A stretch of 40,539 nucleotides of DNA from Candidatus Woesearchaeota archaeon (GCA_964374125.1 CAYJXL010000003.1:1-40539); one strand, 5' to 3'; positions 22,713 to 32,245 are shown, counted from the first letter of the stretch. Numbers and translations are program-made. The notes: generated from the letters alone by a model not told the origin.

Positions 22713-24200
22713 TTACATTTGATCTTTTTTCACAACCCCCATCTGCGCCTTCTGTAGCTTACCAGAATAATCCACGTAGATGGTCTTCACTTCAGAGAAC
22801 TCTTCAATTCCGGCAATGCCCCCCTCCCGCGTTCCATTACCTGTTCCTTTCACGCCCCCGAAAGGCAAATGGAACTCAGCGCCAATCGTTGACGCATTCA
22901 CATATGTGATTCCTGCCTCGATCCTTGCGATTGCTCGGAAGGCATTGTTGATGTTCTTTGTATAGATTGATGAACTTAAACCATAGATGATACTATTGCA
23001 TATTTTAATAGCATCGTCAAGGTCATGCGCTTTCATGAGAGAAACTGTAGGACCAAAGATCTCTTCTTGTGCGATTCTCATGTGGGGTTGGACGTCGGTG
23101 AAGATGGTTGGCTGATAGAAGAACCCACCTAAATCGTGCCGATCGTAACCACCTATAAGAAGTTTTGCACTTTCTCTTTTTCCGATGTTCGTGTACTTTT
23201 TGGTTTTTTCAACAGCACACTTGTTAATCAACGGACCAACATCAGTTGTTTCCTTGAGGCCACCACCGAGACGCAACTTTTCCGTCCGTGTCAGCAGCTT
23301 GTCTTCAAATTCTTCCTTGATGTGCTTATGGAGGACAACACGAGAAGCTGCGGTGCACCGTTGTCCTGTCGTTCCGAAGGCGCCCCAAATGACGCCATCA
23401 ACCGCAAGGTCAAGATCAGCATCATCCATGACGATAATAGCGTTTTTACCTCCAAGCTCCAGGCCGATCTTCTTGATGCCCGCATTCTTGAGGATATACT
23501 CGCCGGTGCCTTTCGAGCCTGTGAATGAGATACCCCGTGTTTTGGGATGCTTGATGATTGCTGCACCGACTTCACCACCAGTTCCTGCGACAAGATTGAC
23601 AACTCCGTTTGGAACACCTGCTTGTTCAAGAATCTTGATGAGTTCGACAGCGCACAACGGCGTGTCTGATGATGGCTTGAACACGACAGTGTTGCCACAA
23701 ATGAGTGCAGGTGCTAATTTCCATGCTGGAATTGCTGTTGGAAAGTTCCATGGCGTTATTAAGCCGACAATGCCTACTGGAATCCTGATCGTTGCGCAGA
23801 ACTTGTTTCGCAGTTCCGAAGGCGCGGTATTTCCCAATAATCGTCGTCCCTCACCAGCCATGTACTCGAAGGCATCAATCGCTTCCTGGACATCACCACG
23901 ACCTTCTTTGAGAACCTTCCCCATTTCTGTTGTGACGAGGCGCGCAAGTCGTTCCTTGTTTTGTTTTAAGAGATGAACAACTTCAAACAGGATTTCAGCG
24001 CGGTGCGGCGCGGGAAGATCGGACCAAGAAGGATATGCCGCTTCCGCTGCCTGAACAGCCTTCTCGACGTCTTTCTTCGTGCTCTGCTGGAACTTGCCAA
24101 GGACCTTCTTGTTTGCGGGATTCAAAGAAGGAAACGTTCGTTTAGTGCTCGAGGGAACCCATTTGCCATTAATATAATTACTGTAAACCTGAACCATCAA
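22713..24200 (-). CDS. NAD(P)-dependent aldehyde dehydrogenase
   Basis: FTGS..TG, the ELGGKN Glu motif and the catalytic GQRCTA Cys motif. 495 aa. Confidence 0.9.
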   Translation of the reverse strand: MMVQVYSNYINGKWVPSSTKRTFPSLNPANKKVLGKFQQSTKKDVEKAVQAAEAAYPSWSDLPAPHRAEILFEVVHLLKQNKERLARLVTTEMGKVLKEGRGDVQEAIDAFEYMAGEGRRLLGNTAPSELRNKFCATIRIPVGIVGLITPWNFPTAIPAWKLAPALICGNTVVFKPSSDTPLCAVELIKILEQAGVPNGVVNLVAGTGGEVGAAIIKHPKTRGISFTGSKGTGEYILKNAGIKKIGLELGGKNAIIVMDDADLDLAVDGVIWGAFGTTGQRCTAASRVVLHKHIKEEFEDKLLTRTEKLRLGGGLKETTDVGPLINKCAVEKTKKYTNIGKRESAKLLIGGYDRHDLGGFFYQPTIFTDVQPHMRIAQEEIFGPTVSLMKAHDLDDAIKICNSIIYGLSSSIYTKNINNAFRAIARIEAGITYVNASTIGAEFHLPFGGVKGTGNGTREGGIAGIEEFSEVKTIYVDYSGKLQKAQMGVVKKDQM

Positions 24201-24256
24201 TCACCACTCTTTTTCACCGTAGAGAAGAATTCCTGAGATATAAATGTTCTGGTTTA

Positions 24257-24688
24257 TTATACAGTTGTTCGTATCTTCATGTACACATCATCGCTTCCAG
24301 CTTTGTTGCTTTTCCACATCAAGAACACTTTACCGCTCGCAGCAGCGAGTGCAACGTCTGCGGCATAAATATGCGGTGGAAATACCGATGGATGTTCCGC
24401 AATGTACTGCTCCAGCGGTATCCGGACAGTTCCGTCAGGATTCAACGACAGGTATACGATCTGCCAATTGCGGTAACCAGATGGAAATCCCCCCGGGACT
24501 GGTAAAACTTGCCACGCAATATGGGCATTTCCTTGCTCGTCTGCAGCAACATCAGGAACCAGGAACGCCACCACAACATTGTCGTTGTCGATGACAGTCA
24601 GCGTACACTCGTTGCCGTTACCGCCGAGTGAGATACGACAAGCCCGCAGCGCAGCGGAGGGCTTGTCGAGGAACGAGACGGAAGGGGA
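24257..24688 (-). pseudogene. 3' remnant of a larger (probably secreted, repeat-containing) protein gene
   Basis: The frame is open from the stop at 24689-24691 with no ATG and only an internal GTG at 24574. The sequence ...TLTVIDNDNVVVAFLVPDVAADEQGNAHIAWQV...SDDVYMKI looks like a C-terminal domain fragment. Confidence 0.45.
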
Positions 24689-24794
24689 TCATAAGGGGTT
24701 GCGATCCCTTATTGTCATTCATAACAGTGAGGCTTATTATATAACTTTCGATATTAATCGAAATATTTATAAATAAGAAGTATTTTAAATAAAT

Positions 24795-25367
24795 ATGAAA
24801 AAAATCGAACGTGTCCTGAGGGAACTGTTGTATCTCGCCTTCGAGGAGAAAACACGGAAGACGACGCAGGCGCACCTCGCATCAAGGCTACAGGTCTCAT
24901 TGAGCACGGTTAACCTTGCTATAAGTCACCTGCGGAAGATGAACGCAGTGCAGATAGCGAAGCGAAGCCTTGTTATCATCAATCCCAAGAAGATCCTCTT
25001 CTATTGGGCAAGCATCAGGACTTTGGAGAAAGATATCCTTATAAAAACAAGGGTGGAAGGCAACGTTTCCGACATCGAGAAGTCCATGCCCTCAGATGTC
25101 GTGTTTGGTGCATACTCCGCATACAAGCTCCAGTTTAGTGATCAGCCGGCAGACTACTCTGAGGTGTACGTCTATGCCTCCAATCCTAAAGAGGTTCTCA
25201 AGCGGTTCATCCAGAGGCAAGGACCGCCTAATTTGATTGTCCTTAAAAAAGAATGTCCAAACATGACCCTAGCACACCTCTTCGTGGACCTCTGGAACAT
25301 GAGAGAATGGTACGCGAAGGAATTCTTAAGATCCTTGGAGGAGAAGCTCGATGGAGTACTGGCATAA
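24795..25367 (+). CDS. wHTH protein, AbiEi-like antitoxin candidate
   Basis: wHTH TTQAHLASRLQVSLSTVNLAISHLRKMNAV plus a C-terminal domain. Overlaps the downstream NTase gene by 17 nt. TATA at 24764-24776. Confidence 0.6.
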   Translation: MKKIERVLRELLYLAFEEKTRKTTQAHLASRLQVSLSTVNLAISHLRKMNAVQIAKRSLVIINPKKILFYWASIRTLEKDILIKTRVEGNVSDIEKSMPSDVVFGAYSAYKLQFSDQPADYSEVYVYASNPKEVLKRFIQRQGPPNLIVLKKECPNMTLAHLFVDLWNMREWYAKEFLRSLEEKLDGVLA

Positions 25368-25959
25368 TCTCATCGTGGAAAAAAGCTGGAACGTGCTCCA
25401 GCAGCTGAAAGGAAAGTTCGACTTTGTCCTCATTGGCGGGTGGGCATCATACCTCTGGACAAGAACGAACAAAAGCAAAGACATCGACATTGTTGTATCG
25501 ATGAAGACATTAGATTTTATTAAACAGCACTATCCTCTGCAGAAGAACGATCGCCTGTGCAAGTACGAAATCAAGAGTAACGAAATCGACGTTGACATCT
25601 ACGTCCCATTCTATTCAAGACTTGCGCTGCCCTTGGAAGCCATTTCGTTCGAGATGATCGAGGGCTTCAAGGTCGTTAGGGTCGAGGAGCTTTTGATATT
25701 GAAGCAAGGGGCTGAGCACGACAGAACGTTCAGTGAGAAGGGGGAGAAAGACAGGATTGACATCATGAGCCTTGTTTTGTTCTGCGACGTTGACTTCAAA
25801 AAGTACAAGGACCTGCTTAACTCTGTTAAGAAGGACGACTTTATCGATAGGCTTATCACAATAATCCGGAATTTTCATGACTACAAATATCTTGACCTGA
25901 CACCGAGGGAGCTCAAGACAAAAAAACAAGGAATCCTTGATAAGCTGCGACGCCGTTGA
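25351..25959 (+). CDS. Nucleotidyltransferase, AbiEii-like toxin candidate
   Basis: LIGGWASYLWTRTNKSKDIDIVV matches the GG.A...x.R.S.DID NTase motif of the AbiEii/DUF1814-type proteins. Confidence 0.6.
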   Translation: MEYWHNLIVEKSWNVLQQLKGKFDFVLIGGWASYLWTRTNKSKDIDIVVSMKTLDFIKQHYPLQKNDRLCKYEIKSNEIDVDIYVPFYSRLALPLEAISFEMIEGFKVVRVEELLILKQGAEHDRTFSEKGEKDRIDIMSLVLFCDVDFKKYKDLLNSVKKDDFIDRLITIIRNFHDYKYLDLTPRELKTKKQGILDKLRRR

Positions 25960-25962
25960 GCG

Positions 25963-26457
25963 TTGGTTTTTCGCTGGGAAAACGTCTCGAAAAAGATTGA
26001 TATCAGGTCTCCAAAGACCGTTGCGGCATATGCTGATCTTCTTTGCTCAATCTTTGCCATCACAATTTTGTACAATATCGACCTTAATGAAAAGACAATC
26101 AGGTTCGGAAAGAACAAAAAAGTTCATGTTCGCGATCCGCTTCTGCTCGAGATTTTTGAAAACTGGTCCATGATTGAGTCAAAAAACAAGCAGTCTGTGC
26201 TTGCTGGAGCCCTTGTCGTTGAACATCTGGTGCGGGCGTATCCAGACAAGGTGTTTTTTTGGAAGAATGGATTCGAGATTGATGCTGTTGTCGCAGAAGG
26301 CAGGAACTTGTACGGGTTTGAAGTGAAATGGTCTGAAAAGACGGAAGCAAAACGACTTTCTCAACTCAGGAAGTTTGTGATTGTCACCAAGAATGTCTAC
26401 TCAAAAGACCCACCCAAGATCCCTCTTGCGGTGTTTCTTGCCTTGTTTGATGTATGA
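25963..26457 (+). pseudogene. C-terminal remnant of an AAA ATPase with DUF4143/endonuclease-like domain
   Basis: GALVVEHLVRAYPDKVFFWKNGFEIDAVVAEGRNLYGFEVKWSEK resembles the DUF4143 C-terminus. There is no P-loop N-terminal domain and only a TTG start. Confidence 0.5.
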
Positions 26458-26537
26458 TCTTGAGCGTGAAGAGCACAGCGGTATGGCGAATGCGTGCATT
26501 ATAAAGAACATATGTTTCATGTACAAAACAAACAAAG

Positions 26538-27470
26538 CTATCTTTGCAACAAGTCTATCAAAATCGCCTTCTGAACATAAAGTCTATTCTCAGATTGGTC
26601 AAACACAACACTTCTTTCTGAATCAATAACATCAGCAGCCACTTCCTGCCCGCGCATTGCCGGCAAGCAGTGCATAAATATCGCGTCTTTTTTCGCTTGA
26701 ACAAACAAGTTCTTCGTTACCTGATACGGCTTGAACGCTTTTAATCGTTGTCTGAGTTGCGACTTCGGAACGCGATACGACATCCACGAGTCCGTATACA
26801 CAACGTCAGCATCTTCAACCGCTTCCTGCGCTTTCTGAGTTATTGTAATCGAAGCGCCAGAATTTTTTGCAAACCTCATGGCTTCCCTCAACACAACCGG
26901 CTGCGGTTTATAGTCCTTCTCTTTCGGGCATGCAACCACGATCTTGATGCCAAGCAATGCTGATGCATAAATCAGGTCATGCGTGACATTATTATTCCCA
27001 TCACCACAATACGCAATTTTCAAATTCGTTAATCGTTTCTTTTTCTCCCAGATCGTCAAGAAATCTCCGAGAATCTGGCACGGATGCGCAAACGACGTCA
27101 GTCCGTTAATGACAGGGATAGAAGAATTCTTCGCTAACTGCTCGAGTTCGTGATGATCGTGCATCCGCACCATGGCAACGTCGCAGTATCTCGAGATTGT
27201 TCGTGCAACGTCTGCAATCGATTCCTTTCCTATGCCCCATGGCGATTTCTCGGTATGGTAATTAATCGCATGCCCACCCATCTGTGTCATGGCAACTTCA
27301 AACGATAAAATAGTTCGTAGAGAAGGAACCTGGAAAATCATCAATAATGTTTTTTCATACGCGGCCTTACTATACGCCTGAGGGTTCTGCTTGATTTCTC
27401 TTGCCTTTATCAATAATGATAGAATTTCCTCTTTTGTTAAATCTTTGATGCAAAGGAGATGATGTACCAT
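26538..27470 (-). CDS. argF: Ornithine carbamoyltransferase-like transcarbamylase
   Basis: HPCQ, GDGNNNV and HCLPAMRGQEV motifs are present. The carbamoyl-phosphate motif reads SLRTI instead of the canonical STRTR. Confidence 0.8.
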   Translation of the reverse strand: MVHHLLCIKDLTKEEILSLLIKAREIKQNPQAYSKAAYEKTLLMIFQVPSLRTILSFEVAMTQMGGHAINYHTEKSPWGIGKESIADVARTISRYCDVAMVRMHDHHELEQLAKNSSIPVINGLTSFAHPCQILGDFLTIWEKKKRLTNLKIAYCGDGNNNVTHDLIYASALLGIKIVVACPKEKDYKPQPVVLREAMRFAKNSGASITITQKAQEAVEDADVVYTDSWMSYRVPKSQLRQRLKAFKPYQVTKNLFVQAKKDAIFMHCLPAMRGQEVAADVIDSERSVVFDQSENRLYVQKAILIDLLQR

Positions 27471-27532
27471 TCTCTTTCCCTCCGGGCGTGTTGAATCCTA
27501 AATATAAGCATATCGCTTTGGAGGTTCAAAAG

Positions 27533-27542
27533 GTTTATATAA
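27533..27542 (+). promoter_or_regulatory. TATA box GTTTATATAA
   Basis: Centre is 26-27 nt upstream of the ATG at 27564. Preceded by the AAAAG BRE-like purines. Confidence 0.5.
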
Positions 27543-27563
27543 CTGCATAAATACGTTGTGAGC

Positions 27564-28196
27564 ATGAACCTTCGAAATTGGCAGGTGTTTGGGTTTAGCG
27601 CTCTCAAGCCGAAAACGAAGCTTTTTTTCCTTTGTTTTATCATATTGGTCATTGGAGGAATATCTCTTCTTGCGCTCAACAGGGGAGAAACGGCGACACG
27701 TGAACGCACACGCATAGAGAATTCTAAACAGGGATCGCCGCTCACGGGATCTGCGGTAGCTGAGATACCAACGTTTGTGCAGGAAGAGACACTGGTTCAA
27801 CAAGGAAGGTCATCTAGGGAACAAGCAGTTGAACAGCCAGAACCTGCGCAGGAGCCTGATGAGCTGGAGTATTTTGAATATAGCGACCAATGCGCGGCAG
27901 ACATCAAAAAGTCAGAGGATGATGTTGTTGACATTACTACATTCCTGCCGGAGCATGAGGCTGCTCTGACGAATGCACGAACAAAGCATGATCAAAAAAA
28001 GACTGAGCTTGAAGGGAAGATTGCGGACCTCGAGAAGCAACTGGAGACCATTAAGGGCGATCTTTCGACGTTGGTGACGAGCGGTGGATCTGAACTTCGG
28101 GTACTTGAGGAGCGCGTCAATGCCACCCACGTCAATCTCGAGGCTGCACAAAAGAAACTCGAGGAACTTAAGAGTGGTTGTTCATTAAAAAAATGA
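27564..28196 (+). CDS. N-terminally anchored coiled-coil protein
   Basis: TM LFFLCFIILVIGGISLLAL, an acidic linker, then heptad-like KKTELEGKIADLEKQLETIKGDL... Confidence 0.55.
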   Translation: MNLRNWQVFGFSALKPKTKLFFLCFIILVIGGISLLALNRGETATRERTRIENSKQGSPLTGSAVAEIPTFVQEETLVQQGRSSREQAVEQPEPAQEPDELEYFEYSDQCAADIKKSEDDVVDITTFLPEHEAALTNARTKHDQKKTELEGKIADLEKQLETIKGDLSTLVTSGGSELRVLEERVNATHVNLEAAQKKLEELKSGCSLKK

Positions 28197-28621
28197 AACT
28201 GATGTTACCTGCGACGTGGTCGAGCGTTCTCTTGCGTCTTGGTGTTGGCGTTGTCTTTTTGTATTTCGGCGTGGACAAGTTTGTTCATCCCGAGGTATGG
28301 GCGGGGTGGATCAATCCACGACTGCTTTATTATCTTCCCGTGTCCCACGATGTCTTTTTGTACGTCAATGGCGGCGTGGAGGGCGTTGTTGGCTTGTTAT
28401 TGATTTTGGGACTGTGGACTCGCATTGCAGCTTCAGTGGCTGCTGTTCTCCTGATTGGCATCTTGGCTACTGTCGGCGTCACAGACGTTACTGTGAGAGA
28501 CATAGCAATTCTTGCGGCATCGCTGTCGCTTGTCTTGACAGGTTCGAAGACGTTGAGCATCGACAACAAGTTTGCGCCTATCGGAAAGAAGAAGCGGTCG
28601 GACTATATTGAACTGCGCTGA
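28193..28621 (+). CDS. DoxX-family membrane protein
   Basis: LLRLGVGVVFLYFGVDKFVHPEVWAGWI is a DoxX-like N-terminus. Four TM helices. ATGA overlap with the upstream gene. Confidence 0.7.
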   Translation: MKLMLPATWSSVLLRLGVGVVFLYFGVDKFVHPEVWAGWINPRLLYYLPVSHDVFLYVNGGVEGVVGLLLILGLWTRIAASVAAVLLIGILATVGVTDVTVRDIAILAASLSLVLTGSKTLSIDNKFAPIGKKKRSDYIELR

Positions 28622-29044
28622 TTAGAACTCTATAGCAAACTCAATAAGCTTCTTCTTGAATTCCGCAAATTTCTTGACGACATCAGAGAATGAGATGATT
28701 CCCACGAGAGTATCATCGTCGTCAATCACCGGCAATCGCTTTACTTTGTTTTTCTTCATTTTTTCAATTGCTTTTTGCAGCTCTTCGTTTGGGTTTGCAG
28801 TAATGATATTCTTTGTCATGATGTCCTTGACGTACGTCTTTGCAGGATTGAGGCTTTTGATAACGACTTTCGTGATAATGTCACGATCAGAGAGAATGCC
28901 GATTGGGCGTCTTGTGAGCATGTCTTCCACGACGACTAGAAGACCGACGTCGTACTTCTCAATCATCTTTGCAGTGTCAAGGACAGTATCTTCACCAGAA
29001 ATCACGAAGACATTCTTGATCATCAACTCTTTTACTTTTGTCAC
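28622..29044 (-). CDS. CBS-domain pair protein
   Basis: Two CBS repeats (VKELMIKNVFVISGEDTV...; VKDIMTKNIITANPNEEL...RLPVIDDDDTLVGIIS). Confidence 0.85.
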   Translation of the reverse strand: MTKVKELMIKNVFVISGEDTVLDTAKMIEKYDVGLLVVVEDMLTRRPIGILSDRDIITKVVIKSLNPAKTYVKDIMTKNIITANPNEELQKAIEKMKKNKVKRLPVIDDDDTLVGIISFSDVVKKFAEFKKKLIEFAIEF

Positions 29045-29107
29045 ATTTAGATGCTTGTTGTATAATTTAAATAGTTTGCTGTTGCCTTTCGGAGAATTCA
29101 GTAACTA

Positions 29108-29542
29108 TTAGCGCTGCAAAGAGCCGGTGTTTTGACCAGATACGCCTTGACCAGGCCACCTTCTATCGCCATCTTTTGGATTTGGATACTGCGCTGGTGG
29201 CTGTGTTGATGAACCTGCTGGAAGTCGCTGAGGAGCATAACCAGAACCTGTTGGGGATGAACCTGGTTCATAGTAATATGGTGAAAATCCACTCCCCCTT
29301 GGACTGCTCATCATTTCTCTTATCGGCTGTGGCTGCACGTTGTAATTATAATTGCGTTCTTGCGTGTCATAAGGTATTCTTCGCACTGGTGGTTCCATTA
29401 AGTACCTCTGCTCGTATTGCTCTCGCACTTCGGTAAACCCTGGTCCACCAGTAGCAGCTTTTCCTGTTGCGTAATTGTTGTTGTTGAACAGCAATACTGC
29501 GCCTAGAACTAACACTACGATCCAAACCTCTTTATTTTCCAT
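29108..29542 (-). CDS. N-terminally anchored low-complexity Pro/Gly/Tyr/Gln-rich protein
   Basis: TM VWIVVLVLGAVLLF, then a P/Y/Q/G-rich sequence. The start is exactly 26 nt from the TATA TTTTAAATA (minus strand, 29564-29572). Confidence 0.55.
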   Translation of the reverse strand: MENKEVWIVVLVLGAVLLFNNNNYATGKAATGGPGFTEVREQYEQRYLMEPPVRRIPYDTQERNYNYNVQPQPIREMMSSPRGSGFSPYYYEPGSSPTGSGYAPQRLPAGSSTQPPAQYPNPKDGDRRWPGQGVSGQNTGSLQR

Positions 29543-29649
29543 AGTTGAATGTTAACGTGAAGGTATTTAAAAGCATGATTGTTGTATATCATCTATTTCT
29601 TAACTTATATTTCGAAAAGTTTAAAACCTTATTCATTCTTGCTTTTCTC

Positions 29650-30081
29650 ATGGACCGAAACAAAACCCTGATACTGGCGATTGTTTTAGTGGCGCTTCTT
29701 TTCATTGCAGGTGTTGGCATCCTTGCGGTGTATTCTGTCTTTTACCCAGAAGAGCAAGCCTATGAGCAGCAACCGACAGTCATCATCAACAATTATGTGA
29801 CGAAGGATGAGCAGCCTGCGCAGGCTCGCGCTTCTTCCCAACAGCCTTCCTATCAAGATATGCAGACGCGACAGCCAGAGGTGACGTACATCAATGTGCA
29901 ACCACAAGGCTATTCATATCCCATGTATCCCTCTTACCGCAGGTCCCCACGTTACTATTATCCTTACCCTTATTCTTACCCTTATTCTTATCATCCTTCC
30001 TCGATCTATGCATCTGACGCGTACTATCCTTACTATGGGTACAAGAGACCTTATTCTTCATCGAAGCGGATCTACTACTAA
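29650..30081 (+). CDS. N-terminally anchored Tyr/Pro/Ser-rich low-complexity protein
   Basis: MDRNKTLILAIVLVALLFIAGVGILAVY, then a Q-rich stretch and YYYPYPYSYPYSYHPSSIYASDAYYPYYGYKRPY. The ATG at 29650 is 27 nt from TATA AAGTTTAAAAC (29617-29627). The 35 upstream codons in the track ORF are rejected. Confidence 0.55.
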   Translation: MDRNKTLILAIVLVALLFIAGVGILAVYSVFYPEEQAYEQQPTVIINNYVTKDEQPAQARASSQQPSYQDMQTRQPEVTYINVQPQGYSYPMYPSYRRSPRYYYPYPYSYPYSYHPSSIYASDAYYPYYGYKRPYSSSKRIYY

Positions 30082-30119
30082 ATCGAAAGCTTTTTTATCC
30101 TCTTGTTGCTCTTCCTTGC

Positions 30120-31055
30120 ATGAAGAAGAGGATGATTGTTGTTGCATTGGGCGGAAATGCTCTTACACCGAAGAAAGGCCGCGGCGACTACAAGGAACTT
30201 GCTGAAAATATCCAGAAAGCATGCGAGTCTCTCGTTTCGTTACTCGGCAGAAATCAGATTGCGCTTACGCATGGTTCTGGCCCGCAAATCGGGAGCCTTC
30301 TTCTCCAGAATGAGCTGACAAAAAACAAGATTGCGCCAATGCCCATGGACGTTCTCGATGCAGAGCTTGAAGGCGAGCTTGGCTATCTCATTGCACAATC
30401 ACTGAACAACACTCTTGCAAAGCATTGCATCCGCCGTCCGGTCATCAGCATCATCACGCGGGTTCTTGTTGACAAACGCGATCCGCTCTTCAAGAAACCA
30501 ACCAAGCCTGTTGGGCCATTTTACACGAAGGAGCAGGCTGCTGTCCTGCGGCGCGAGGGGTTTACGCTCGTGGATGATGCAGGCCGCGGTTACCGAAAGG
30601 TTGTTCCTTCTCCAGCACCAAAGAAGATTATTGAGGCAGATGCGGTTGCTGCACTTGTGCGCCGAGGATACATTGTGATTGCGGCTGGCGGCGGTGGCAT
30701 CCCGGTCTATCGCAATGGTCGTCAACTCAAAGGTATTGCGGCGGTTATTGACAAGGATCTCGCGTCCGCGTGCCTGGCGAAAAGCATTGGCGCTGACGTT
30801 CTTATTGTTTTGACTGGCGTTGATTGCGTGTATGTTCATTACGGAACTGCACGCCAGGCGCCTCTTGCGCGCATGACCGCGCGCGAAGCGCGGCGATACC
30901 TGCAACAGGGCGAGTTTCCAGAAGGAAGCATGGGCCCGAAGATTGCGGCTGCTCTTGACTTCCTGGCACATGGCGGAAAAGAGGTTTTGATCACAAGCCC
31001 TGATCGACTTCCAACGGCACTGAGAGGGCGGGGCGGGACGCTGATCGTGCCATGA
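30120..31055 (+). CDS. arcC: Carbamate kinase
   Basis: MIVVALGGNAL...THGSGPQIG...AAGGGGIPV are carbamate kinase signatures. 311 aa. Confidence 0.9.
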   Translation: MKKRMIVVALGGNALTPKKGRGDYKELAENIQKACESLVSLLGRNQIALTHGSGPQIGSLLLQNELTKNKIAPMPMDVLDAELEGELGYLIAQSLNNTLAKHCIRRPVISIITRVLVDKRDPLFKKPTKPVGPFYTKEQAAVLRREGFTLVDDAGRGYRKVVPSPAPKKIIEADAVAALVRRGYIVIAAGGGGIPVYRNGRQLKGIAAVIDKDLASACLAKSIGADVLIVLTGVDCVYVHYGTARQAPLARMTAREARRYLQQGEFPEGSMGPKIAAALDFLAHGGKEVLITSPDRLPTALRGRGGTLIVP

Positions 31056-32245
31056 TACAGCTGCGAGTTCTTGCGAATGGATTGACGGTCTTGCACGAGC
31101 GAAGGAAAACTGATTCTGTTGCCATTGAGGTTCTTGTGCGCGTTGGTTCTGATTACGAGAATGCAACAAACCGCGGCATCACGCACTTCATCGAGCACAT
31201 GGTGTTTGAGGGAACGAAACGAAACGATGCGCGCGAGCTCGCGAATGCTGTTGAGCGGATCGGTGGCGAGATCAACGCGGTCACGTCGCAGGAGAAAACA
31301 TTTTTTTATGCGATTGTGCCCCGACAGCATTTTCGTCGGGCGTTGGAGGTGCTTGCGGATATTCTCATTCATCCAGTTTTTGATGAACTGGCGATTGCGA
31401 AGGAGAAGCGCGTGGTGCTGGACGAGATTGCCCTGCTACATGATGACCCGATGCACTTCACGTTGATCCAACTCATGGCAATGCTGTTTGAACGGTTGCC
31501 TGCGCGGTATCCGACATATGGATCGGCAGCGTTGATTCGGAGGTTTACCAGGAAACAATTACTTGCGTTCTTCAAGTGGCATTATGTTGCACGCAATACC
31601 ATTGTGTCTATTGTCGGCGACGTTCGGGATCCTTTCGGCGCTGTTGCTGAACTATTTCATGAGATGCCACCAGGTCGCCATCATCGATTACGACTGCCGG
31701 TCGAGAGAGGGCTGCGCTGGATTACAAAAAAGACATTCCACAAGAAGCTGCAGCGCGCATACGTAGCAGTTGGTTTTCAAGCGGCGCGCATTTCAGGAAA
31801 GGATTTTTATGCGCTTGAGGTTGTCAGGGCGATCCTTGCGAAGGGGCAGAGCTCGCGCCTCTTTCATGAGGTGCGGACGAAACGCGGCCTGGCTTATGCT
31901 GTTGGCGCGGTTTATGAGGCAACCATTCATTTTGGATTTTTTGCCCTCTACTTCAGCGCTGATTGCGGCAATGTGAAGAGCATCCTGCATATTATTTTTG
32001 AGCAGCTTGCATTGCGTGACTTGCGTGAAGAAGAGGTTGATGACGCTCGAGAATTTCTTGTCGGCAGCTTTCTTCTTGCCAATGAATACACGCGGGAGCG
32101 CGCAGATGCGAATGCGTCGTGGCTTCTCTTCGGCGGGGAGCCTGCAGATTATGTGCGAGGCATACGGAGCGTTTCTGTCAACGATGTCAAGCGCGTCGCG
32201 AGGGAATACTTTAAAAAGAACCATGCGTTGGTCATAACACTATGA
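31052..32245 (+). CDS. M16-family (pitrilysin-like) zinc peptidase
   Basis: The HFIEHMVFEGT inverted zincin motif (HxxEH) is near the N-terminus. ATGA overlap with arcC. Confidence 0.85.
   Translation: MIQLRVLANGLTVLHERRKTDSVAIEVLVRVGSDYENATNRGITHFIEHMVFEGTKRNDARELANAVERIGGEINAVTSQEKTFFYAIVPRQHFRRALEVLADILIHPVFDELAIAKEKRVVLDEIALLHDDPMHFTLIQLMAMLFERLPARYPTYGSAALIRRFTRKQLLAFFKWHYVARNTIVSIVGDVRDPFGAVAELFHEMPPGRHHRLRLPVERGLRWITKKTFHKKLQRAYVAVGFQAARISGKDFYALEVVRAILAKGQSSRLFHEVRTKRGLAYAVGAVYEATIHFGFFALYFSADCGNVKSILHIIFEQLALRDLREEEVDDAREFLVGSFLLANEYTRERADANASWLLFGGEPADYVRGIRSVSVNDVKRVAREYFKKNHALVITL

Noticed and set aside
23136-23976. 263-aa and 130-aa plus-strand ORFs antisense to the aldehyde dehydrogenase gene
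   Set aside because: They are antisense shadows with Ser/Pro/Arg-rich low-information sequence. The ALDH frame carries all catalytic motifs.
30399-31372. 256-aa and 177-aa minus-strand ORFs across arcC and the M16 peptidase
   Set aside because: They are antisense to two well-supported genes, and their Arg/Ala-rich composition is typical of GC-biased shadow frames.
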